Notes under the pieces: model-generated
Seen by the model: only the letters and a program-made list of their open reading frames with translations
Database searches by the model: none
Told to the model about the DNA's origin: nothing
Source of the DNA: a virus
Direction: 5' to 3' (one strand)
Virus genome (UHGV): UHGV-0315046
Length of the DNA stretch: 36,193 nt
Part shown: positions 10,593 through 21,715 of the stretch, piece by piece
How positions within the stretch are numbered: position 1 is the stretch's first letter
Layout of the letters: each line of letters begins with the position of its first letter
Made by a program: the position numbers and the translations under genes

Positions 10593-11437
10593 TGCTCCGC
10601 GATTATCTTGATGGTTGTGGCAGTAAACGCCGCACCATTTGACTGAATGGTTAACGTGCTGCCATTTGTGGCAAGAAAGCCGTCTTTATCCACGCTGAAG
10701 AATGTAGCTAACAAGATGTTATCGGTTGTTGTCGCCGAGTTGCGACTGCTTACCAGTGTGTCAGGAACAGAACCGGAAAATGTTAGTTGCATTGACCTGT
10801 TGGCGGTTCCACTGGGCCACGTCCCAACAATCGACAGCTTGAAGAACAGGGTTTTATTCTCGTTGAACACAACCATCTTGTTGTTAACGGTGTCGAAGAA
10901 TGGTGTCAACGAGCCGGATGACGGCGTGAACGTTTTCAGCAGGCTAACAAGGTTGGTCGGCGCTGTCGGGATGGTTACAGATACACCAGAGTAAACAACC
11001 TCTGACTTCTTGCGAGTAGTGGCATACTCCAGAGCATCGATGCGCGTTTCATGGTCTGAAACCTGCAATTCCAGCGACTGAACTCTGGTATCAAGCGACG
11101 CAATATCGCTTTCATTCTGAGCTATTCGTGTTTCATGTTCCTGAAGAGTTGATTCTGCCTGGCTGATTCGCTCCTCATGATTAACAAGCGTTGCTTCCGC
11201 AGCAGAAATTCGCTGATCATGGTCAGCGAGAATCACATCCTGCTCATCGTTCCTGACTTGTGCGTCATAAGCGCCCTGTCCGGCCTCGTTGGCCTTGTTA
11301 GCCACATTACCAACATCAGTACCCTGTGCGATAACGTAAAGCAGATACGACTGCGAGAAGATATTGCGTGGAAGGATTGATGTATCGAGCCGCGTAGCCT
11401 GGATGATTACCGGCACATTGAGATTCGAATCCGCCAT
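10589..11437 (-). CDS. Tail needle protein (P22 gp26-like) with extended C-terminal domain
   Basis: N-terminus [43 protein letters not shown] matches the P22 gp26 N-terminus; heptad coiled coil follows; 282 aa versus 233 in P22, so an extra C-terminal domain. Confidence 0.85.
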   Translation of the reverse strand: MADSNLNVPVIIQATRLDTSILPRNIFSQSYLLYVIAQGTDVGNVANKANEAGQGAYDAQVRNDEQDVILADHDQRISAAEATLVNHEERISQAESTLQEHETRIAQNESDIASLDTRVQSLELQVSDHETRIDALEYATTRKKSEVVYSGVSVTIPTAPTNLVSLLKTFTPSSGSLTPFFDTVNNKMVVFNENKTLFFKLSIVGTWPSGTANRSMQLTFSGSVPDTLVSSRNSATTTDNILLATFFSVDKDGFLATNGSTLTIQSNGAAFTATTIKIIAEQ

Positions 11438-12855
11438 TACTCAATCCTTATCTGGCAGCCAGACAGAGTGACAGGTGACTTCGTGATAACGCGCAATTTG
11501 AAGCCAATGTTTTTCCTGATGCGCCCGACACGCTTCCACAAAACGCGTTTGTCGTAAACGAACGGTTCATTCTGCTCAATCATCTGCTCACGACCGTAAT
11601 TGATGCCGTCAGTGGTTGCAGAGAGAAAAAGGCGGTCGGCGTACTGCGCAACACCCGTCGATGATTCCACCTCCAGATCAAAGCATCTGGCGTTATCTGC
11701 TTTGAAGAGTGGAGTAAACAGCAGGTGTTCTTGCTGTAGCCCATACTGGCTGCTGATGTCGAACTGCAATTTCCCGGTCACGGACTCTAGCTTATCGCCG
11801 CACGTTATCTGATTGCCTTCGTAAATGAAGTCGATAGCGCGGTACACATCGTCATACAAGCCTGTTTTCAGTACACACCATTGCGGACCATTGGCGCTTG
11901 AAGATGCGTCGTACACCAGAACATGGCGCGGAAGATGGATAATCAGCAGCTCATGCGCATCAAATCGCAGCGATTCCATCACACCATCAGCCAGTTCATC
12001 AGCAGTGTAGGAGCGTAGTATTTTCTCAATGCTCGCGCTGGCGATTGGTGATACCTGACCGGAGCCGATGATATACACAGACGGCGCACCTGTTGCCGGA
12101 TTGCTGATGAACGCATACGAGTCAGCAAACGGCGTTTTGCAGTAGGTTCCGGCAATGCCTTTCTGCACCATCAGCGATGGCTGGGCGACATACAAAGCAG
12201 CACCAACGGTGGTTGCACCAGTCAGGGAGAAATATTCAATCGTTGATGAACCAAAGCATACGATGAAGTCTCGCCATGTTCCGATGCCAATGATGCCGTC
12301 AGGCTGAGACTCAGCACGATATTGTGCGCTGTAACGGTCAGGATGAGATTCGTCTTCAGGGTCAGTGATAAACCATGAATCAGTACCGTCTTTTGACCAC
12401 GCATAACGCCCACGTAAGCGAGTAATGTCACGAACCGAACCTAACTCATACTGCGTGAATCCGCTGTCTGTAGGCCAGTTTGAGACGGTTTTAACCGTGC
12501 CATCATAGCGATACTCAACCAGTTGACCATTAACGCCTACTGCCTGTGATGTTCTACCATGCGCCATTGATACGCGACCACTTCCGGCGACGTCACCGAC
12601 TTCACTTTCGCCTTTGTACAGCTTGCCACCACACACGCGATAAACGGCACTCTGCGCCATGTTGTACTCGACTCCGCGCGATACGCCATTCACGTCGGAA
12701 CGTTTTGCAATGCCCGGGAATGAGCGAAGATATCCGCTGCTGTTCAGGATTTCTTTGGGTGTAGCCAACATATTCACTGGCAGATAGTCGATATAGTCGG
12801 CGTTTCTAAAGTCTTTGCCGACACCTTTCATAAGCGGAAGTTGCTGAATCGGCAT
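11437..12855 (-). CDS. Tail hub protein (P22 gp10-like)
   Basis: 472 aa, the same length as P22 gp10; syntenic between gp4 and gp26 homologs. Confidence 0.8.
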   Translation of the reverse strand: MPIQQLPLMKGVGKDFRNADYIDYLPVNMLATPKEILNSSGYLRSFPGIAKRSDVNGVSRGVEYNMAQSAVYRVCGGKLYKGESEVGDVAGSGRVSMAHGRTSQAVGVNGQLVEYRYDGTVKTVSNWPTDSGFTQYELGSVRDITRLRGRYAWSKDGTDSWFITDPEDESHPDRYSAQYRAESQPDGIIGIGTWRDFIVCFGSSTIEYFSLTGATTVGAALYVAQPSLMVQKGIAGTYCKTPFADSYAFISNPATGAPSVYIIGSGQVSPIASASIEKILRSYTADELADGVMESLRFDAHELLIIHLPRHVLVYDASSSANGPQWCVLKTGLYDDVYRAIDFIYEGNQITCGDKLESVTGKLQFDISSQYGLQQEHLLFTPLFKADNARCFDLEVESSTGVAQYADRLFLSATTDGINYGREQMIEQNEPFVYDKRVLWKRVGRIRKNIGFKLRVITKSPVTLSGCQIRIE

Positions 12856-12864
12856 TTATTCACC

Positions 12865-13326
12865 TCACGTACTCGGATCATCTTTCTCGATGTAAAACCG
12901 ATTCCACGTAAACGCGCTTTTGTTACCACTACCGCGAGGCATATCATTTCGCCGCTCAAGTGGTGGTATTTTGGTTAAAGCGATACAGATTGTTTGATAT
13001 GCACTGTCAGCAGCGGTAAGGAGAGCGTCTGACGGCTGAATGACGTTATCCATGCACACTTGCACAGCGAGTTTCAAAGCGACGCCATCATTTGCCCATG
13101 CAGGGATACCTGAATCATCGTCAGGTAACGGCATGATGCCGTTTTCTGTATCAGCAAACTGATACCCAAGCTCGATACCTTTCGCCTGCCATGCTGCCAT
13201 CATGTCTTCGAGGTCATTAATGGCATCTTCAATTGCCTGAGGGTCAGCATCTGTCAACGTGGCATTGGAATACAGCCCGGCTTTTCGTAAAGCCTTTAGA
13301 ACGAGATCACCCTTCGTTTTCGCCAT
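12865..13326 (-). CDS. Head-tail adaptor (P22 gp4-like)
   Basis: 153 aa at the gp4 position between coat and gp10. Confidence 0.7.
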   Translation of the reverse strand: MAKTKGDLVLKALRKAGLYSNATLTDADPQAIEDAINDLEDMMAAWQAKGIELGYQFADTENGIMPLPDDDSGIPAWANDGVALKLAVQVCMDNVIQPSDALLTAADSAYQTICIALTKIPPLERRNDMPRGSGNKSAFTWNRFYIEKDDPST

Positions 13327-13495
13327 CTTCTTCCGCCTTAGCCACTTTTTGCTTCGTTGCGGTTTCTTCAGGAGTTTTTACCCAACCTTTTTTCAGGTGA
13401 GATTTAACTTCTTCGTCATCAACAATGATGTAATCGACAGCAAACTGACCACAGGTGATCATGTTGCCAGGCTTATAGAGCATTGTTCGTGCCAT
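13307..13495 (-). CDS. Small hypothetical protein between coat and gp4
   Basis: Start refined to MARTML... with GGGAGAAG upstream; 62 aa, acidic C-terminus. Confidence 0.4.
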   Translation of the reverse strand: MARTMLYKPGNMITCGQFAVDYIIVDDEEVKSHLKKGWVKTPEETATKQKVAKAEEDGENEG

Positions 13496-13536
13496 TGTCT
13501 TCTCCCAATAAAAATGGGGCCGAAGCCCCACCAAAA

Positions 13537-14790
13537 TTACTGCCCGGCAATAACGATGCCCGTATATTCAGGAACAAGTACAGAGCAACCGTACAGGGTG
13601 GTGAAACGCGCAGTGGTTACACCTTTGATGTGGTCGAAGGCGTAAGACATGATCAGCGTAGCGCCCTGCTCGGTGGTTGCTGTCATTACCTGTGGACCCT
13701 GACCAGTCGGGAACGCCAGCTTGCCGTACATCAGTTCAACAGAACCATCAGCCCAGAACAGGTTAGCCGGTGCGGCATTTTTGTTGAGAATGGTGATTGC
13801 TGCGCTACTTGCCGCATTAGCATCAACGTTTGCATATGGTCGGCTGGCGACATCCGCGTTGTCAGGCGGCAGAATTTTCGGGGAGATAGTTACTGTCGTT
13901 CCGCTTACTGCCAGAACGCGGAATACCTGCGGCTGCCCGGTGGTATCTTTGGTGATCTGGTGTACAGAATTCACCCCTGCGATGGTAAACGCATCGCCAA
14001 CCTGCAAACCTCCAGCAGATACCGTAATGGTCCCCTGTCGGTTATCCACTGGCATATCGTTAGCATCTTTGGCTTCAACCTTGTGCGAAGGTGCTGCTGC
14101 CAGCGTAATGGAAGTTGCTGTACCCTTCGGAACACGACCAGAAATATCGGTCTTGTAGCTATCGAAGGACGCAACCGGAGGGATTTGCGCTTTTTCGTAT
14201 GCTGTCAGGGTTGCGCCCTGAGCATAGGCACGGTGACCAAGCTCGCCAGCAAGGTCTTTGTAGTTGAAGGGGTTCCAGAAAGAGCGACGGTTGATACCCT
14301 GAGGTACACCAATCGCCGTCATGGTGGCATCAATACCTGCCGCACAGTTCCACAAATCACGGCCCTGTGAACCTGTGGTTGAGTCAGCCATCGTGATCAC
14401 GTTAGTAGCACGCTGCGTAACCATGGAAATCAGGTCAGAGTCAATCTGTGCAGCAAGGCGCATACCTGCGGCGCGACCAGCTTCAGTTTTATGTTCCGGG
14501 TCACGCATTTCACGCGCATCCAGAGTGTACAGAATGTTTTTCGGCTCCTTGAACACAGAAGGAACAAGGCGCTGAACCAGTGCTGTTGGCGTTTTGCCGC
14601 TGAGGTCTAGGCCTTCCTCAATGTTCATGTGGTAATGCTGCGGACGATACAGAACATCACCTGCTCGCTGCATTGCTGTATCACCGGGACGGAATTTTTT
14701 AGCGTTACGGGAAACTACGCAGGCGGCCTCAAAGCCTTCAACGTAGTTTTCGAACATGATTTCAAGGTCTTTTGCTAATTGGTTAGCCAT
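13537..14790 (-). CDS. Major coat protein (P22 gp5-like)
   Basis: 417 aa, directly downstream of scaffold; size and position as in P22 (430 aa). Confidence 0.85.
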   Translation of the reverse strand: MANQLAKDLEIMFENYVEGFEAACVVSRNAKKFRPGDTAMQRAGDVLYRPQHYHMNIEEGLDLSGKTPTALVQRLVPSVFKEPKNILYTLDAREMRDPEHKTEAGRAAGMRLAAQIDSDLISMVTQRATNVITMADSTTGSQGRDLWNCAAGIDATMTAIGVPQGINRRSFWNPFNYKDLAGELGHRAYAQGATLTAYEKAQIPPVASFDSYKTDISGRVPKGTATSITLAAAPSHKVEAKDANDMPVDNRQGTITVSAGGLQVGDAFTIAGVNSVHQITKDTTGQPQVFRVLAVSGTTVTISPKILPPDNADVASRPYANVDANAASSAAITILNKNAAPANLFWADGSVELMYGKLAFPTGQGPQVMTATTEQGATLIMSYAFDHIKGVTTARFTTLYGCSVLVPEYTGIVIAGQ

Positions 14791-14808
14791 GCTTAATGCT
14801 CCGATAGG

Positions 14809-15702
14809 TTATTTTTTTGCCTTTTTAGCGGCGAAATACGGCGTCCAGTCACCAGTTTCCAGCGCCTTGGCTTTCAATTTGACGAGGTTGTTGATTACTG
14901 CGCCGTTGCTCCCCTTAACTGTCGGGGTTGTGGCTGCCGTGGTTTTTGCTTTTGGCATGATTCTGGCCTTCGATTCGATACGTTCCAGCAGACGACCAAT
15001 TGCTACGGGGTTGGTAGCTTCTGCCAGTTGCTTGCGCAGTTCATCGTTGCGACCGAGTGCCAGAACAACGATTTCCGGCTTCTCTGACTCAAACAGGATC
15101 GCGTTTTGTGTCTCGATGGGGATTTCCTCGAGTACGGCCTGCTCAGCTTCCTGATAGCCAGGAACTTTGAGAGCCTTAACACGTTGCTGATATTTGGATA
15201 ATCGCTCTTGATAGGCAGCCTGAAGCTCCTGCTCCTTCTGCTTGCGAGCCATCTCCTGTTGCTGGTACTTGCCGTTATCCTCTGCCCACTTAGCCATGCG
15301 TTGCTGGTAGATTTCTTCATCGAAACCGATGTCCTCATCATCCAGTTTTGGCATTCGCGGTGGTTGAGTGATTACCGGCTGCTGCTCGACGGGTTTCTGA
15401 GACTGACGCATCAGCTCTTTCAGCTCACGGTCTTTCTCTTTAATCGTCTTGCGCAGGTGTTTTACCAGTCCATGCTCTGCGCCATCTTCGCTGGTTGGCG
15501 AATCCAGCTTTTCGTCACCAAAGTAGAATTCCTGTTCTGATTCGTCGTCATCAGTTTCAGTAGCTTCCTCTGCATCATTGCCGGAGGACTCACTGCCATC
15601 TTCTGTTTCGACTTCTTCAGCCAGTTCGACATCATCAGGAATCTGCTCTGACGCGTCGGTTTCGATTTCAACTTCTGGTGTGTTTTCTGCCATCTGGTCC
15701 AT
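14809..15702 (-). CDS. Scaffolding protein (P22 gp8-like)
   Basis: 297 aa, highly acidic N-terminus, charged helical middle, basic C-terminal helix-turn-helix-like tail; between portal and coat. Confidence 0.8.
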   Translation of the reverse strand: MDQMAENTPEVEIETDASEQIPDDVELAEEVETEDGSESSGNDAEEATETDDDESEQEFYFGDEKLDSPTSEDGAEHGLVKHLRKTIKEKDRELKELMRQSQKPVEQQPVITQPPRMPKLDDEDIGFDEEIYQQRMAKWAEDNGKYQQQEMARKQKEQELQAAYQERLSKYQQRVKALKVPGYQEAEQAVLEEIPIETQNAILFESEKPEIVVLALGRNDELRKQLAEATNPVAIGRLLERIESKARIMPKAKTTAATTPTVKGSNGAVINNLVKLKAKALETGDWTPYFAAKKAKK

Positions 15703-15792
15703 TTGTTACCCCTGTTTACTCGATGTTCAGCCCATCGGAAGGCAATAGGGTGCCAGGCCTCATAAAGACAGCCATTGCACGTTATGGGTTAA

Positions 15793-17994
15793 TTACTGCT
15801 GTGGTTGTTGCTGAGTTGATTTTTGCAGGATGCTGCTGATGTCCATGCGCTGCGCATGGCCCTGTGCCTGACTTTTCAGGACAAGCTCCGCATCAGCACG
15901 GGCATTGTCTCCTTGCTGTTGCTGGAACTGTCCGAGCAGTTTCAGAGCCTCGCGGATATCAGATTTCTGCTGGCTATCGGCAGATGCGAGGATTTTCACA
16001 ACATTTGCCGCTGCAACCTGAGCATCAGTCTGTGCCTGGAATGCTTTAACCTGAATGGCTGCCTGTTCGTTCTGCGCTTTCTGCAATTCAGCCTGACCAG
16101 CAAGAAGCTGACCTTGCGCAGCAACCATAGCCGGATCCGGCTGACTGGCCTGTTGTTGTTTCGCCTGCTCAACCATCTGCTGTTCTTCTGGTGTTCTCGG
16201 CTTAATAACGCCAGACAGAAGCAACTGATTGCGGTTGTATTCTTTAAGGTCGTCCATCCCTTCGCCGTCCATATTGTCGAGAATCATCGACGATACAAGG
16301 TCATGCTTCGGCGTTCCTGGCGGGATAAGTGCCAGCATGGAAAGCAACGACTTAACCGTTGCATCACGGCGAGTAGCGAACGACTGACCGACATCGACAG
16401 TCACTTCATAGTTACCCTGCGAAAGGTCGTTAAGCGCGATAACCTTCCCTGTCTGACGGTCAACCACTTCACCAGTCATCAGCGCCACGTCATCGCTGCC
16501 ATCCTCATTAACGATGCGCATTGGCGTATCGCTGCCATAGACTTCACGAGCCATAGAAAGCCACACGACGCCAGCACGGCGCATGGATTTAGCCATGTTG
16601 TCCATGTAGATATAGGACTGCGTGTCCATCCGGTTAAAGATGCTATCAACGGTATCGGTAGCGACGTTGCTCGGCATGTTCTCAAGCTGCGACGCACCTG
16701 TAATTTGCTGAATAGCCGTTCCGGTGTACTGCAATAGCCCGGCAAGAGCAGGAGGCATTTGTGTCGGAGGTGTCCAGCCAGCAACCTGAGCCTCTGAAAT
16801 GACCGTTCCGTTTTTGTCCTTCTTGCTGGTCATGGGAAGAACTGCAGGTCTTTTCTTATTCCTCTCTGCCCAGTGATTCATTAATGGACCGGGAATGAAA
16901 TCAACATCCACGATAGGAATGCCATCACCGCCAGCCTGAGTAGCATTATCTGCAATCATGGAAACCATCAGGTTCTCAAGACGCTGTGCATCCATCGCTT
17001 TTGCTGCGTGGCCTTCGATTCGCTCCTGATTATCAACAAATGAACGACGCCCATATACCGGGATGAGAGGAATATGTTCGCCCGGAATACGCTTCGGTTC
17101 TTCCAGCCATTCAGCGCCAGACAGAAGACCGCAATAAACTCGGCGTTTCTTCACCGTTCGCTCGCCAATCAGTTCGAATGCACCATCGGTCAGCTCGTCG
17201 ACAATATCTTTGATTTGCTCTTCATCATAGATTGCCGTTTCTCCGCTGACAGGGTTACGCCATGCTGTGAGCTTCACCTTCTCTATGCGGACTTCGTAGT
17301 AGCGTCCAACATAGATGGCATCTGGCGTTGACCAGTCATATTGAGTGCCAGTGTCATCACGAGAAAGGCTTGCCGCGATGGAATCAGGGTATTCAGCCTC
17401 GAACGCTTTAGGCGTCATGGAGAACATTTCCATAGCCCACATAGCATCAGAACGGTCATATTGCTTGCTGTCCTGATCGAAGAAGACGCATGTCGCTGGG
17501 TCGTAAACAGGAAGAAGGCTGATGCGTCGCTGCTCGTTACTCGGATCCATTTCATCTTCGTAATCGGCACACATGCGGAAACAACCGAATCCGCCCGTTA
17601 CAGCATCATCAAATGCGTTATCACACGCTTCGCCACCGGATGTTTCCTGATAGTCAGCGCGGAATTTGCCGTTCATCTTTTCGGCTAACGCTTCCGATGC
17701 CTTATCGTCCTTCGGCCTGAATTTAACGCTGATGCGATTCTGTCGATACTCGCCAATGATGCGATCACATTCACGGGCAATCTTATTCAATTCAAAACGC
17801 GGATAATGCTCGAACCTGCCTTCATCAAATGAGTAACCAGCGTTTGTGCTGCCTTCCCACTGTGCGCCGGACACCCGGACGAAACGTTGAGCCTCAATAA
17901 TCTGCTCACGCATATCCTGCGTTGCTGACCAGGCATTATCAAAGTTGCACAGCACCTTGCGATGCCAGTCAGTCATCTTTCTATCATCAGCCAT
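15793..17994 (-). CDS. Portal protein (P22 gp1-like)
   Basis: Start refined to MADDRKMTD, overlapping the TerL stop. Motifs GEHIPLIPVYG and a Gln-rich C-terminal barrel segment match the P22 portal as I recall it. Confidence 0.9.
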   Translation of the reverse strand: MADDRKMTDWHRKVLCNFDNAWSATQDMREQIIEAQRFVRVSGAQWEGSTNAGYSFDEGRFEHYPRFELNKIARECDRIIGEYRQNRISVKFRPKDDKASEALAEKMNGKFRADYQETSGGEACDNAFDDAVTGGFGCFRMCADYEDEMDPSNEQRRISLLPVYDPATCVFFDQDSKQYDRSDAMWAMEMFSMTPKAFEAEYPDSIAASLSRDDTGTQYDWSTPDAIYVGRYYEVRIEKVKLTAWRNPVSGETAIYDEEQIKDIVDELTDGAFELIGERTVKKRRVYCGLLSGAEWLEEPKRIPGEHIPLIPVYGRRSFVDNQERIEGHAAKAMDAQRLENLMVSMIADNATQAGGDGIPIVDVDFIPGPLMNHWAERNKKRPAVLPMTSKKDKNGTVISEAQVAGWTPPTQMPPALAGLLQYTGTAIQQITGASQLENMPSNVATDTVDSIFNRMDTQSYIYMDNMAKSMRRAGVVWLSMAREVYGSDTPMRIVNEDGSDDVALMTGEVVDRQTGKVIALNDLSQGNYEVTVDVGQSFATRRDATVKSLLSMLALIPPGTPKHDLVSSMILDNMDGEGMDDLKEYNRNQLLLSGVIKPRTPEEQQMVEQAKQQQASQPDPAMVAAQGQLLAGQAELQKAQNEQAAIQVKAFQAQTDAQVAAANVVKILASADSQQKSDIREALKLLGQFQQQQGDNARADAELVLKSQAQGHAQRMDISSILQKSTQQQPQQ

Positions 17995-19490
17995 CATCCA
18001 ACTCCGCAAGGTATGTTGTAGCTTGAGTAATCAATCTCTTTAGGATCTTTGATGTCTCGCATCTGTATTGCAAAACGCCTCATCATGTAGCCATAGCGAA
18101 CAGCAGAAAGGATGTCGTCATTTAGCTTGACGATCTTCCCGTTCTCATCGCGGTGATACAGGCGAAACTCTTCAAAGAATGGCTCGCAGGTGTTAAATAC
18201 CTTGAAACGACCGTCGAGCATCATGTCGCGTATCTCTGCTATCCCGGGTTCGACCGCATTACCTCCATCAGGCCATGTTGCATGATCTGGCAACATATCG
18301 AACCCAGCGTCGGCGTATTGTTCCTTGAGCTGAGCGCCGCCTCCCTTTTCGTGCTGATGCCCGTCATGAGGCCAAGCCGTAGGGGTGTTTTTGCTCCATG
18401 CTTTAACAGCACTCCATGCCTCTGTCGCCTTCTTCTGTTTGGCCTTCCAGACGCGAGAAAGATAAATCACGTCCTCGTCTTTATCCCACCAAAGCTGGAT
18501 GTGTGCCTGTGGGTGATCCCATCCGAAGTCCATTGCATTGATGACGTAGAAGTGATCAGGACACTCGAACGGCTGACACTTAATAGTCTCTTCCGGTATC
18601 TGGAAGATTCGACCACTACCCATCGTAGGAATACCGCGAGCACGCGCCTCTCTCTCATGCTCAGGATAGGATGCGATGATTTGCTCTTTCTGCTCGTCGG
18701 TATAGTGCTCAGCGTCATAGATGGTCATGTTGACCACTTTCTGCGACTTGCTGGGATTCTTCAGGAACTTGGTAACAACGTCAGACATCCCCATCAGCGG
18801 GGTAAACGTCAGAATTGAGAATTGCCCGTATTTGTTGGTACGGGTAAGACCTTCGCCATAAATGCTGTATGGTGGCTCTTCGTCAAACCACACGCCGTGG
18901 ATTGTGTCACCCTGCCAGCGAGCGCGGCCTTGCGAGTATGGTTTGAAGTAGCAGATTGAAATGCCATCTTCAACGCCATCAGTCGTGTGATGCTTAACCA
19001 GAAGATGATCAACAAGGTTCGGAAAGAAAGGAGACTTCTTCCAGCTAATGATGTCCTCTTTCGGTATTGAACCGTAGCCCGGCTCATCATTCTCTTCAAT
19101 ACGACCGCACAGGATGCGTTGAGTCGTTTTGGTTACCGTCTCGTTTGTCTCGCCGCCAATCCAGAAGACAACAGGCTCATAGAAACGCTTACCTTTCCAC
19201 TCACCGCCATATTTACCATCAGCAGGATAGCCTTTTGTGCCCGGATAACGCCCGGTAAGGTGAAACGCGACTTCAGCAGCACCAGTAAATGACTTACCAA
19301 GCTGGTTACCAGCCATAAAACAGCGCTCTGGATAGTCATGTCCGGCGTCGATGAACTCACGCTGTTTGCTGTATGGCGTAAATTCATATAGCAGGTGTGT
19401 GTTCCGGTAGTTCTCTTCTTCTTCGAGTAGCTCGAGCAACTCGATTTGCTCTTCGTCGCTCAGGTTATCAAGAATCGCGTCCAGTTCCAC
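17994..19490 (-). CDS. Terminase large subunit (P22 gp2-like)
   Basis: 498 aa; Walker-A-like GNQLGKS; overlaps TerS upstream and portal downstream. Confidence 0.9.
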   Translation of the reverse strand: MELDAILDNLSDEEQIELLELLEEEENYRNTHLLYEFTPYSKQREFIDAGHDYPERCFMAGNQLGKSFTGAAEVAFHLTGRYPGTKGYPADGKYGGEWKGKRFYEPVVFWIGGETNETVTKTTQRILCGRIEENDEPGYGSIPKEDIISWKKSPFFPNLVDHLLVKHHTTDGVEDGISICYFKPYSQGRARWQGDTIHGVWFDEEPPYSIYGEGLTRTNKYGQFSILTFTPLMGMSDVVTKFLKNPSKSQKVVNMTIYDAEHYTDEQKEQIIASYPEHEREARARGIPTMGSGRIFQIPEETIKCQPFECPDHFYVINAMDFGWDHPQAHIQLWWDKDEDVIYLSRVWKAKQKKATEAWSAVKAWSKNTPTAWPHDGHQHEKGGGAQLKEQYADAGFDMLPDHATWPDGGNAVEPGIAEIRDMMLDGRFKVFNTCEPFFEEFRLYHRDENGKIVKLNDDILSAVRYGYMMRRFAIQMRDIKDPKEIDYSSYNIPCGVG

Positions 19491-19956
19491 GGTTGAATAG
19501 CTCCTTGATACGAGAGCGCCGCTTATCGCGATCTCCCTTATCAGGTGTCACGTCTTCAACTTGCGACTGCTCTTTGAGGCCCAAATCACGGGCGATGATG
19601 TTAGCGTTGAGAAGGTCAGCGGCTGCGCCAGAGAATTTCTGGTCGTAGATGATGTCTTCCGCTCGTGATGTGACGTCAGAAAAACCTTCCATTGACCGGA
19701 AGGTTCCCCATGTTTGCCTGGTGATATCAAGGAAGGTACACAATCCTGAAATAGTCATGGCTCGCATCTTAGGGACATTAGCCTTAATTATTTCTCCCTG
19801 ATATGAAAATACCTTACCCTCCCATAGCGGGTTATCATCAGCCCACTCGAAGTATTCACAACAAGCAGCCCACAGCGCCTCAGGCGATTCGAATTTAGGA
19901 TTTCGCCCATGACTACTGCGGGCCTCCCAAAATCGGTTGCCCTTTGGTGCTGCCAT
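19468..19956 (-). CDS. Terminase small subunit (P22 gp3-like)
   Basis: 162 aa; N-terminal [38 protein letters not shown] and C-terminal [23 protein letters not shown] match P22 gp3 from memory. Confidence 0.9.
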   Translation of the reverse strand: MAAPKGNRFWEARSSHGRNPKFESPEALWAACCEYFEWADDNPLWEGKVFSYQGEIIKANVPKMRAMTISGLCTFLDITRQTWGTFRSMEGFSDVTSRAEDIIYDQKFSGAAADLLNANIIARDLGLKEQSQVEDVTPDKGDRDKRRSRIKELFNRGTGRDS

Positions 19957-20035
19957 ATTGATTATTTCCCTTCTGCTTGCTTATCCCATTCATCGCGGAA
20001 TTTGGATGGGTTGTCGAAACCTTGAGTTGCCATGT

Positions 20036-20278
20036 TTATGCTCCGGTAGTGAACAGGTCTAACGCTTCCTTCGATTTACGCACCGCTTCGATAGTGCGGG
20101 TCGTGATATCTGAATTAGCGCCGCCTGACTGGAAGTGAATTTTGAATAGCTCAAGCTTCAGCTCGTCAGTGCCAATGAACTGAAATGCTTCTTCTGCGGC
20201 TGCGTTCTGGTTCATGACCAGCTTGTAAATCTCTAACTGGAATTTCTGTTCTTCAGTCATGGGAATAATCTCTGCCAT
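20036..20278 (-). CDS. Hypothetical protein upstream of terS
   Basis: 80-aa ORF, acidic and helical; no recognised motif. Confidence 0.45.
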   Translation of the reverse strand: MAEIIPMTEEQKFQLEIYKLVMNQNAAAEEAFQFIGTDELKLELFKIHFQSGGANSDITTRTIEAVRKSKEALDLFTTGA

Positions 20279-20638
20279 TGTTGGCTCCGTTTATCCGTTA
20301 AAAGGGATATCAGTTAAGTTATCCCGTGTAGGGTATAATCCATTGTCGAGACCACTCATTGAATGGTCTCTGCAATAACCGATGTCTTTCCATCAGTCCG
20401 CCACCACAAAGAATCTTTTTTGCCATCAGGCAGGAGGTTCATCTTTCAGTGGCTGCCAGTGTTATTTCCCCACTTACTGGCTTGGGTTGTTTCGTGTTAC
20501 TGCCGCAACTGGTGGTGCACAGATTTAGTTAAATCTGTTCTCGCCTGAACTATCTTTTACATACCCGGATTGTGGGGATGTAAATCACGGTTTCATTATC
20601 AAGCCCACCCGTAGATGGGCTTTGTAATGCCTACATGG

Positions 20639-21160
20639 TTAAATGATTTGCCAGTCTTCTGCTAGAACATCAGTCTGACTAGCCAGCCACGGTACTAATT
20701 TATCGTCCGCTGTTTTCATGGCGATATACGGAAGTTGTTTCGGAGATCGTTTCGATTCTCCATGCGTACCTTCAGGCAACTCAAAGACGCGACTGCAAAA
20801 GCAAGGCGTACTGCCAGTATGAACAGCCTCAGTGTACGGTTTAACGTATGCCAGCCACATACCCTTACCATTCCAGCCAGCACGAGCAACTTTATTCCCC
20901 AACTTGAGCGCTTCAATGGCAAGGCCGAAACTTAGCCCAGATACCGGACGATAAGCCTTTTCGAATACTTCTTTTGGACTCCAGCTAACGTAGCCATCAA
21001 AGCGATCGGTGTTAGGTTTTCCGCCATCCAGATATTCAACCAGATAGCCTTCGTCCTCGCCGTTTTCTCCGGCAGGAAGCTGCCAGCCACGAAAATCGTT
21101 ATATGCCTGTCTCGTCATCGGAAAGGCGTTAATCAGTTTTACGCCAATATGCTGGGTCAT
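20639..21160 (-). CDS. Two-domain hypothetical protein with DUF2829-like (Tad2-like) C-terminal half
   Basis: 173 aa; C-terminal half (FGLAIEALKLGNKVARAGWNGKGMWLAYVKP...LPYIAMKTADDKLVPWLASQTD) fits the DUF2829 pattern as I recall it; not verified. Confidence 0.5.
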   Translation of the reverse strand: MTQHIGVKLINAFPMTRQAYNDFRGWQLPAGENGEDEGYLVEYLDGGKPNTDRFDGYVSWSPKEVFEKAYRPVSGLSFGLAIEALKLGNKVARAGWNGKGMWLAYVKPYTEAVHTGSTPCFCSRVFELPEGTHGESKRSPKQLPYIAMKTADDKLVPWLASQTDVLAEDWQII

Positions 21161-21238
21161 AAAATTACCTATAGAGTTGGGAATAAAAAGCCCCGCATCG
21201 CGAGGCTCATTAAATGGACTTTGTGATTTGCAAAAAAA

Positions 21239-21715
21239 TTATTTCAGGCATTGCGTCCTGATGTATTCCTGAAGCGTTCTCAGTGCTGTTTGGTCGCGGA
21301 TAATTCCGTCCCGGACACCGAGAACGTTTCGTCCAGCAACTGGAGAGAGTTCGACGGTGGCATCATTGCCCATGCCGGAGGCGCTGGAGGCGCTGGAGGC
21401 TTCGGCTGAGGATGGCACAGGGCATTTTCCTTTGACGAGCACCCTGCCACCATTATCAAGCTTGCGCAGAAGAGCATCATTTTCAGCTTTCGCATCAGCT
21501 AATTCCTTCGTGTATTTAGCATCGAGTGCATCAGCATCACGCTGACGCTGCTGCATGTCAGCGATGGTGGCAGTCGCCTGCTTCAGCTCACTGACTTTTT
21601 TATCACGCTGTTCTTTGTAGGCGATGGCGTTATCACGGTAATGATTAACAGCCCATGACAGGCAGACGATGATGCAGATAACCAGAGCGGAAATAATCGC
21701 GGTGACTCTGCTCAT
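21239..21715 (-). CDS. Rz: Rz i-spanin
   Basis: Start refined to [30 protein letters not shown] (lambda Rz-like N-terminal TM and periplasmic start); C-terminal half diverged; contains the embedded Rz1 frame. Confidence 0.85.
   Translation of the reverse strand: MSRVTAIISALVICIIVCLSWAVNHYRDNAIAYKEQRDKKVSELKQATATIADMQQRQRDADALDAKYTKELADAKAENDALLRKLDNGGRVLVKGKCPVPSSAEASSASSASGMGNDATVELSPVAGRNVLGVRDGIIRDQTALRTLQEYIRTQCLK
21280..21495 (-). CDS. Rz1: Rz1 o-spanin lipoprotein, embedded in Rz in the +1 frame
   Basis: Signal peptide with lipobox (LIMVAGC) followed by a Pro-rich segment [14 protein letters not shown], as in lambda Rz1. Confidence 0.7.
   Translation of the reverse strand: MRKLKMMLFCASLIMVAGCSSKENALCHPQPKPPAPPAPPAWAMMPPSNSLQLLDETFSVSGTELSATKQH

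Noticed and set aside
11410-11440. tRNA-like T-loop sequence GAGATTCGAATCC
   Set aside because: Sits at the coding junction of the gp10/gp26-like genes with no acceptor-stem pairing or other tRNA features; no tRNA gene is apparent anywhere in the window by eye.
13483-14370. 295-aa plus-strand ORF
   Set aside because: Antisense to the coat gene; Arg/Cys-rich low-complexity translation typical of a shadow ORF.
15823-16737. 304-aa plus-strand ORF in the supplied track
   Set aside because: Lies entirely antisense within the portal gene; Leu/Arg/Ser/Cys-rich shadow-frame composition, no RBS; a frame artefact.
18153-18818. 221-aa plus-strand ORF
   Set aside because: Antisense within the terminase large subunit gene; no independent evidence of coding.
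19640-19690. Candidate pac site inside terS (GAAGACATCATCTACGAC)
   Set aside because: Only a partial resemblance to the P22 pac sequence as I remember it; too uncertain to annotate without alignment to gene 3 of P22 or Sf6.
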